Below are positions 58,072-64,000 of a stretch of DNA of 64,000 nucleotides, one piece after another. The notes beneath the pieces are model-generated. The model was given only the letters and a program-made list of their open reading frames with translations, did no database searches and had not been told where the DNA came from. Within the stretch, counting starts at the first letter, position 1. The number at the start of each line of letters is the position of its first letter. The position numbers and the translations under genes were made by a program. Origin of the DNA: a virus; IMG/VR virus record IMGVR_UViG_3300047666_000603, positions 1 to 64,000 of that record. One strand, written 5' to 3'.

Positions 58072-58437
58072 ATGGACAAGAATAAGCTCAATTTATACGG
58101 AATTATTATTTGTGTTGCCCTGCTATTAGTGGCTGTCGGCACAATAATAAACCAAGACGCTAAAATACACAATCTAAACGTGAGCCTCAAGGTGTATGAG
58201 AAGCAGCAAGAGCAATTAGAGACAGAGAAAGATGTTCTCCGCAAAGAAATTAAACAAAACGAGAAGCAAATAGCCAAGCTAGAGAAAGAACTAAATAAAA
58301 TTCCTACAGATGCAGAGATTATTACTAACAGTCCTATTGTTTACGTCACTTACGATGATGTGTGGCGCACAATCACTCAACCTATCGAAGAGGCAATTAA
58401 TTTCGTTCAACGGGGAGACAGTGTTATTCCTAACTAA
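58072..58437 (+). CDS. i-spanin-like protein
   Basis: N-terminal TM + coiled coil. Confidence 0.6.
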   Translation: MDKNKLNLYGIIICVALLLVAVGTIINQDAKIHNLNVSLKVYEKQQEQLETEKDVLRKEIKQNEKQIAKLEKELNKIPTDAEIITNSPIVYVTYDDVWRTITQPIEEAINFVQRGDSVIPN

Positions 58438-58732
58438 AGATCAAGCTGTAGCCCAAGCTAATTTCAATTTAGGGGCTTTTCAACTCCGCGAGAGATTTAA
58501 AACAGCCCTATTAAGAGAGGAGAAGCTGCATGAATTATGGGCAAGCACCTCCCGCCAATTACAAACACAACAGACCCTCACAAAGAAAACAGAGGAGCAG
58601 CTTGCATTAAGAGAGCAGGAGATGAAGGACATTCAAAAAACCCATAAGAAAGAGAAACGTAAGAAATTCATCCAGAACACAGGGGTGGGGCTTGTAATTG
58701 GAATCGTGGGGACGCTGCTGTTAACCAATTAA
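58310..58732 (+). CDS. spanin-like protein (signal peptide + coiled coil + C-terminal TM)
   Basis: overlaps previous gene by 128 bp in another frame. Confidence 0.5.
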   Translation: MQRLLLTVLLFTSLTMMCGAQSLNLSKRQLISFNGETVLFLTKDQAVAQANFNLGAFQLRERFKTALLREEKLHELWASTSRQLQTQQTLTKKTEEQLALREQEMKDIQKTHKKEKRKKFIQNTGVGLVIGIVGTLLLTN

Positions 58733-58953
58733 GGTGTTTTTGTTTGTTCAAGGCTTTCTAAATACGCATCTATAATGTCATCGTTAATATCAGGGCAATT
58801 CCACTCATTACTAAGGTGGCTTGCAAAATCTTTTAACTGTTCTCTTTGCTCTACAACACTAAATAAAGCCAATACCTGATCCTCTAATTCAATAACAGGC
58901 ATCGTTTCATCGTTGTAATATTCCTTAAACAGTTTTTTTATTTTTTCTTTCAT
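58729..58953 (-). CDS. cassette D2 ORF, similar to A1
   Basis: FS-V-VEQREQLKDFA...YLESL versus HN-V-VGRSEQLKAFA...YLKSL. Confidence 0.6.
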   Translation of the reverse strand: MKEKIKKLFKEYYNDETMPVIELEDQVLALFSVVEQREQLKDFASHLSNEWNCPDINDDIIDAYLESLEQTKTP

Positions 58954-58986
58954 TGGTACAGTCTTTATTATTTTCGTTGGTAGTAA

Positions 58987-59295
58987 TTATATTTGCTTCC
59001 ATTTCCAATTAGAAGAATCCTCTTCTTTACTTTGGCACATAAATACGCTATAAGATTCTCTCCAACTTGTTAAGTAGGTAACACCCTTAGGGTCTTGTAC
59101 TATTAATTCAGTACTTTTAGGAGGCTCTTGGTCTTTAACGCAAATAAAACTATTGCCATCAACGGGTGCGGTTAATGCTTTCTTTAGTTTTTTAAGATAA
59201 TTATCTAAATTGCAATCTTCATTTTGCACACCCTTATTGTATACCTCAAACAGTATCTCTTGTTCTTTTGTTAGTTTTACTTCTCTCATTTTCAT
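58987..59295 (-). CDS. cassette D1 ORF
   Basis: ALTAPVDGNS spans eroded core. Confidence 0.55.
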   Translation of the reverse strand: MKMREVKLTKEQEILFEVYNKGVQNEDCNLDNYLKKLKKALTAPVDGNSFICVKDQEPPKSTELIVQDPKGVTYLTSWRESYSVFMCQSKEEDSSNWKWKQI

Positions 59296-59340
59296 GTTGT
59301 TTTTGTTTGTTAAGCAAATATACATAGAAAAACATTCATA

Positions 59341-59374
59341 AAAAAGAAAAGCCTCACAAATTAATGCAAGGCTT
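59341..59374 (-). terminator. intrinsic terminator
   Basis: minus strand AAGCCTTGCA-ttaatt-TGTGAGGCTT + T run. Confidence 0.7.
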
Positions 59375-59406
59375 CTCTTTTAAACTCTACGTTAAGAGCC
59401 TATCTA

Positions 59407-59607
59407 TCAAGAACCGCAGGAAAGGCAAAACCCGTCCTCAATGTCACAAACATTTTTTTTTCCCTGCAAGTCATTCAGCTTATGTTTAAGCCTTTTAATA
59501 ATGTTAGAGGTGACGTGTCTATCCTCTTCATCCATACTTGAGAGTGAAATTGTTAGTAATTCAATCTTCTTTGCAATAGCTAATTGTTCTTCCATAAATG
59601 CTGTCAT
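59407..59607 (-). CDS. small protein with C-terminal CxxCGS tail
   Basis: ends CDIEDGFCLSCGS. Confidence 0.55.
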   Translation of the reverse strand: MTAFMEEQLAIAKKIELLTISLSSMDEEDRHVTSNIIKRLKHKLNDLQGKKNVCDIEDGFCLSCGS

Positions 59608-60126
59608 TAAATTTTAGTGTTAGAGGGGAAAGGTACGTAATTGTTTTGGTTGTTTGTTATTAGCCCCAGAATTTCTTTCTACGCTCATTCTTTCCCCGTG
59701 ATGTTAAATGCCAACGCCCTTCTGGACATTGATAGACGCGATGTGGCTTGTTGCTTCTCATGTGCTTGTCTCTCTGTATTTCATGCAGACGTAATGTAGC
59801 TTGCTCTTCCGTGGGGAACGTCTCCTTCCCGCAACATTTAACAGCAACATCAAACACCTCCTCACATTCCACCACCTCTGTCTCTCTCCTCATCTTCCTT
59901 ACGAGTTCTTGTAGCCTTCTATTGGGCGTTTTCTTTATTCGCGGGAGAGCTAAGAACTCTTTAAGAGTCATTGTACGCCCTCCAACACTCTACTTTGTAA
60001 CACCTTCCTAATAATAGCCTCCACATGAGAGGGATAGGAATAGAACACTTTAGGGATTGTGTCAGACATTACAAGAGCGTGTATAGCGTCCTTAATTTCA
60101 TTCTCTGTTAGTTCTTTCATTGTTTT

Positions 60127-60519
60127 CTAGTTTAAATATCCGTTCTCTCTTGCCCATTTAGGAGAAACGTGATGTATTTCATGGTGACACGGGCGACATA
60201 ATGCCATAACATTAGTGAAGTCGTTTAGCTTATCCTCCATACGCCCTCCTTTGTGATGGATGTCTGTTGGATTTGGTGTGCCGCATATTTCACAGACACC
60301 ATGCTCTTTCAAATAAGCCTCTCTAAGCACCTTATAAGCTGTTTGCTGCTTCTTTCTCTTGTCGCTGATAGGCTTTATAGGTTTACGCTTTAAGGGGGCT
60401 ACGTTCTGTTGTAATGGCTTCGACTTACTCTTAGCCACACAATCCATACACCCCACCTTACGATTCCATAGGAATTTCTCCTCTCCACAGGTGGGGCATA
60501 TTTTCTTTTTAGCTTTCAA
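60127..60519 (-). CDS. HNH/NinG-like nuclease
   Basis: CEICG..TDIHHKGGR...MALCRPCHHEIH. Confidence 0.75.
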   Translation of the reverse strand: MKAKKKICPTCGEEKFLWNRKVGCMDCVAKSKSKPLQQNVAPLKRKPIKPISDKRKKQQTAYKVLREAYLKEHGVCEICGTPNPTDIHHKGGRMEDKLNDFTNVMALCRPCHHEIHHVSPKWARENGYLN

Positions 60520-61199
60520 CTCTTGTATAATTCAAACTCATAAACCACGTGTAGTTTTCCGTTGTCGCGCTTTATTAGATAATCATGCCTCCCTGTTTCG
60601 ATTATAGTGGCGTTGGTTCTATAATGTCGCTTCAACCTACTATGTATAGATATTTTTACTCTGTCACCCACTTTAAACCTTTCTTGTAGAGGTGTACTAT
60701 ACCCCCAATTATTATCGAATAGATTTAACAACACCCATAATATTCTTATCATGTCTTTTGTTTTAAGTTAAAATAAGTATTCCGCGCAAATTAAAAGCCC
60801 CATAATAGCTCCAAACAAGCCCATCATAAGCCCTTCCTCTGCTTTCATTTCATTGTAGCGTGGAGAATTGAGCCACCACTTAACCCAACGTCTAAACGCT
60901 TGTCTCCTTTGTACTCTCAAGAGCTTCTTCATTGTCGTTGGTCTTAATTTCAAAAGCATTCTCAACGAGGTCACAATAAGACTTATAGCTTTCCACTAAA
61001 CTATCAGCGTATGCCTCATTCTGTTTATTCAATGTAGCCAACATCCTGTCGTAATGCATTGTAAGGGACTTGGCTGTTATTTTTAGCTGCCCCTTAAACA
61101 ACCCTCCGTAAATAGGATGCTCTCTAAGCTCATTCATATTATCCGTAATATACATTAACGAAATGAGTGTAAGGGCTGCCCTCTTGTCTATTTCTTCCT

Positions 61200-61607
61200 T
61201 CATGTTTGTTTTGTTTTAAGCTCTTCGCCCGTTAGGGAATAAAATAGATTTTGAAGCGTGTGAACTTCCTTCACTGTACGTAAGCACCAAGTATTGCCAT
61301 CCACCTCACTAAATGAAAACACTCTTTTTGTGTTCGGTTGGTATAAGAGATCAGCGCGAAGGCTTTGTATTAGAAACGACCTAATATCTCTATGGGTAAT
61401 CTCGTTAAACCCAAACTTCAACAACCACTCTTCTGTTAAGGGGATTGGAATAAGTTCGTCCTCTCCTTTAGTGATTTCTGTTACTGCGGTTACATACACA
61501 TAATTAGGTGCAATAGTTGTAACTCTATAGTTCATTTCGCACAACTCATTGGTAGTAGTGTCTATTGCATTAACCAAATTCCCAATCCTTAATTCTATTG
61601 CTTTCAT
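61200..61607 (-). CDS. ELRIGN-type phage protein
   Basis: ELRIGNLV, PIPLTEEWLLKFGF, VHTLQNLFYSLTGEEL. Confidence 0.7.
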   Translation of the reverse strand: MKAIELRIGNLVNAIDTTTNELCEMNYRVTTIAPNYVYVTAVTEITKGEDELIPIPLTEEWLLKFGFNEITHRDIRSFLIQSLRADLLYQPNTKRVFSFSEVDGNTWCLRTVKEVHTLQNLFYSLTGEELKTKQT

Positions 61608-61812
61608 TTCCCTTGATTTATTGCCTCCATAGGAACGGCGTAAATAATTGTAATTGCAATAGAACACACTATCATCATAGCCTTAGCCTCCAAATTCCAA
61701 TTCAAAACATCTGCATTACCAAAGACAAACATCCCTGATAATACAAACATAATGAATATAACAAACATAAAACAAGCGTACAATGCTATTTTCTTGATTC
61801 TTCTCTTAGTCA

Positions 61813-62379
61813 TTACGATGTGATGTATTTATACTTGTTTGTAGCGTGTTCTATCAACTCTTCTACAGATTGTATGTTTCTTGCTGTTGTTTCATCTGCG
61901 GCGGCGTGTAGGGCTGTCTGTCGGCTTATCATAAGGCTTGTTTTCGGGTCATCCCATTTCAATAGCGGCCCGTCAATATCACCTAGAACATAAGCTGCAA
62001 TAGTGTTGCATCCCTTCCCGTCTATAAGAACGTGTTGGTGTATTCCGTTTACGGTTCCTGCGGCCTTTACAGCAGAGCCTTTAGCCATGCGTTTGAGTTC
62101 TTCTAACGATGTCACCTTCTCTTTAAAACCACCACCTTTATTTCCACCTCCTGTAAAGGCTTCTCTCACTACTTTGCACTTCCACCCATATTCACCCTCA
62201 TTAGCCTCCACTTCTATCTGTTGGCCAACGGCAATATGTTTAGCGTCTTTTTCTTTAGCCCCGATGTTAAGTAAATGCTCACACCCCTCTATTTTAATGT
62301 CATGGAAATACGTTATCCCTTTCGGCCCTGGCCATTCCTTCTTAAATGCTGACTGTGTAATCTTTCCTTTTACTACCAT
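61813..62379 (-). CDS. putative ssDNA-binding (OB-fold) protein
   Basis: beta-rich N-domain, Gly-rich linker, near nuclease. Confidence 0.4.
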   Translation of the reverse strand: MVVKGKITQSAFKKEWPGPKGITYFHDIKIEGCEHLLNIGAKEKDAKHIAVGQQIEVEANEGEYGWKCKVVREAFTGGGNKGGGFKEKVTSLEELKRMAKGSAVKAAGTVNGIHQHVLIDGKGCNTIAAYVLGDIDGPLLKWDDPKTSLMISRQTALHAAADETTARNIQSVEELIEHATNKYKYITS

Positions 62380-62820
62380 TTGTTTATTGTATTTGGGGTT
62401 AATTGTTTAGTAAATATCAATTTCTGTCATGTCACAACTATACTCATCCTCAAGGTACATATCAATAAACTCATTAGCCATATCACCTTTGAGTTCAAAT
62501 TTAGGCTTATTTTGCTCTTTTTCCGCCTTTCTAATAATCATTTTAAGGATGTTTCTGAGGTGTGATAACTCTAATTCATCAACGTTTATTTTTACCCCTT
62601 GTTTTGTTGTCCAAAAATATTCCATATCCTTATTGTATTTGGTTCATCACTTGTTCATACACATAATCAGAGTCATCATTGATCTCGTCAAGTTGTGCTT
62701 CTGTCATTTTCTTGCCGTCATAATCCGCGCTGTAAATGAAAGCGTTAGAAAAATCAGGGTAGTCTGACGTATTAATACCGTCCACCTCTACGTTGTCTAT
62801 TTTACTTTTGTCCATTTTGT

Positions 62821-63177
62821 TTAGTTAAGTGCTTTTTCGATTGCTGCTTCTGCGTTGCCTACTCTAATGTGCTGAGCATTATCAATGTCGTCTCTATTAA
62901 AAACTAAAACCATTTCCTGCAAAGCCTCAAGCAAGTCAGGCGCGGCGGCTATTAGTTTGGCGTTGGCTTCCCACTTCTGAGTCGTTTCATTGTTACCCCA
63001 TCCTTGATTTTCTGAATCTGTGGCATAATCTACATTGCAAATAATTCTACCCGTATTGTCGTGTACGCTTATTTGATTGTGATAAAACTCTTTACTTCCG
63101 TCTTCGAATCGAGAAAATAATGCGCTTTCAAAAGCTCGCCTTTGTTTCCACTCGCCTTTTGTTCCTTTAAATTCCAT
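62821..63177 (-). CDS. hypothetical phage protein
   Basis: FKGTKGEW...ANAKLIAAAPDLLEALQ common phage motif. Confidence 0.7.
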   Translation of the reverse strand: MEFKGTKGEWKQRRAFESALFSRFEDGSKEFYHNQISVHDNTGRIICNVDYATDSENQGWGNNETTQKWEANAKLIAAAPDLLEALQEMVLVFNRDDIDNAQHIRVGNAEAAIEKALN

Positions 63178-63189
63178 GTTTATTGTTTT

Positions 63190-63930
63190 TTATTGTTTAT
63201 AATTTCCATTCTCAGGGCAAGCCGTTTGCCCACAAATATTTTTGCACCAAAACCAAGAAGGCTTCTTCTCCCATTTGGTTTCTGCTTCTATCTTCCCCGC
63301 GACATCATCCACCCAAGCAGCCACCTTATTGTATTCCTTTAAATCAAACACCTCTGTTAGCTTCTCATTATATCTAGCCATGTAAAAGCTCATGCTCTTT
63401 GGGTATTTGCCGTATTTCTCTTTGACATATCTCGCATAGATGTAGAGTTGGCGTTTCTTAGTTTCAAACTTCTTGCCGCGAAACCCATCAATACCAGAGG
63501 TTTTCCAATCCCAAATATAGTAATCTTTCCCGTCAAAAAGAACTAAATCAGCAAATAATTTCACCTTTCTCCCACTAATTGTAACAACACCCTCACCTTC
63601 TATACCCACCACTTCACCCTCAAACTTAGCAAATACATCAGGGAGATGGTCAAGGAAAGCAATACATTCATTCACCCATTTCTCAGCATATTCCTTCCTC
63701 ATATTGTCAAAGGATAGAATAGGCGTTCCAAAATAAAACCAATCCGATGCTTCTGAGTGTAATATAAGCTCTTTGAGGACATTTTCTACAGCTTCATGTA
63801 GAAAGCTTCCGCCCGTAGACCAATCGTTCCCAATTTCAGGTAGTTTTAGGTTATAGGTGCAATGATAGCTGAATGGGCAAGTTTCAAACTTATCAAGACG
63901 GGAATAGCTATATACCTTCTCTTTAATCAT
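63190..63930 (-). CDS. PD-(D/E)XK (RecB/Cas4-like) exonuclease
   Basis: SYSRL..F.TCP, GSFLH, ADLV, DWKTS, QLYIY, C-terminal Cys cluster. Confidence 0.85.
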   Translation of the reverse strand: MIKEKVYSYSRLDKFETCPFSYHCTYNLKLPEIGNDWSTGGSFLHEAVENVLKELILHSEASDWFYFGTPILSFDNMRKEYAEKWVNECIAFLDHLPDVFAKFEGEVVGIEGEGVVTISGRKVKLFADLVLFDGKDYYIWDWKTSGIDGFRGKKFETKKRQLYIYARYVKEKYGKYPKSMSFYMARYNEKLTEVFDLKEYNKVAAWVDDVAGKIEAETKWEKKPSWFWCKNICGQTACPENGNYKQ

Positions 63931-64000
63931 AAGCAACAACTATTTCATTGTAAATAACACCCATATCTCTTAATGTAGGATAAAGAGCATCCCGAACTAA

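Larger units (their letters stand above)
58729..59322 (-). mobile_element. relic cassette array D (minus strand)
   Basis: site 58978-58855 AAC-gaaaa-TAATAAAGACTGTACC...GGTATTGGCTTTATTT-agt-GTT; D1 ends GATGGCAATAGTT / AATTACTACCAAC. Confidence 0.6.

Noticed and set aside
63190-63930. Cas4 as part of a CRISPR system
   Set aside because: It is a solo PD-(D/E)XK nuclease in a replication/recombination context, common in phages.
1-64000. Integrase/tyrosine recombinase for the cassettes
   Set aside because: No ORF with a recognisable R...HxxR...Y pattern; it may lie outside the window or in the host.

Overview
This window is a 64-kb segment of a tailed dsDNA phage with a podovirus-type, crAss-like structural module and the standard genetic code. 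The host is very likely Bacteroidota, judging from TAnnTTTG -7 promoters, AT-rich leaders without Shine-Dalgarno sites and a VirE-N/BT4734-type primase. Minus-strand arms (1-10.9 kb, 56-64 kb) carry small accessory genes, HNH nucleases, a DnaA domain-IV protein, a Prs-like + Nampt-like NAD pair and a PD-(D/E)XK nuclease. The plus strand carries RNA ligase + PNKP, primase-helicase, ring proteins, portal, TerL, scaffold, MCP, a tail muzzle protein, ejection proteins, tail fibre and lysis genes. The main finding is an integron-like cassette system at five loci: A ~12.15-13.49 kb, an empty site at 18.39-18.46 kb, B 25.22-25.88 kb, C 34.54-35.73 kb and relic D 58.7-59.3 kb on the minus strand. About 12 short cassettes, each with mutually complementary ends (GTTxxxx...xxxxAAC), are separated by attC-like AAC...GTT hairpins. 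Arrays A-C end in a conserved short anchor hairpin that also occurs alone as the empty site. Cargo includes small ORFs that start inside the hairpin loop, a tRNA-like RNA and a gene-less cassette with a pseudoknot-like loop. No integrase was recognised in the window. A seven-copy putative late promoter (CAATAAC-N21-TAnnTTnR) was also found. All calls are from reading motifs by eye; no searches were run.
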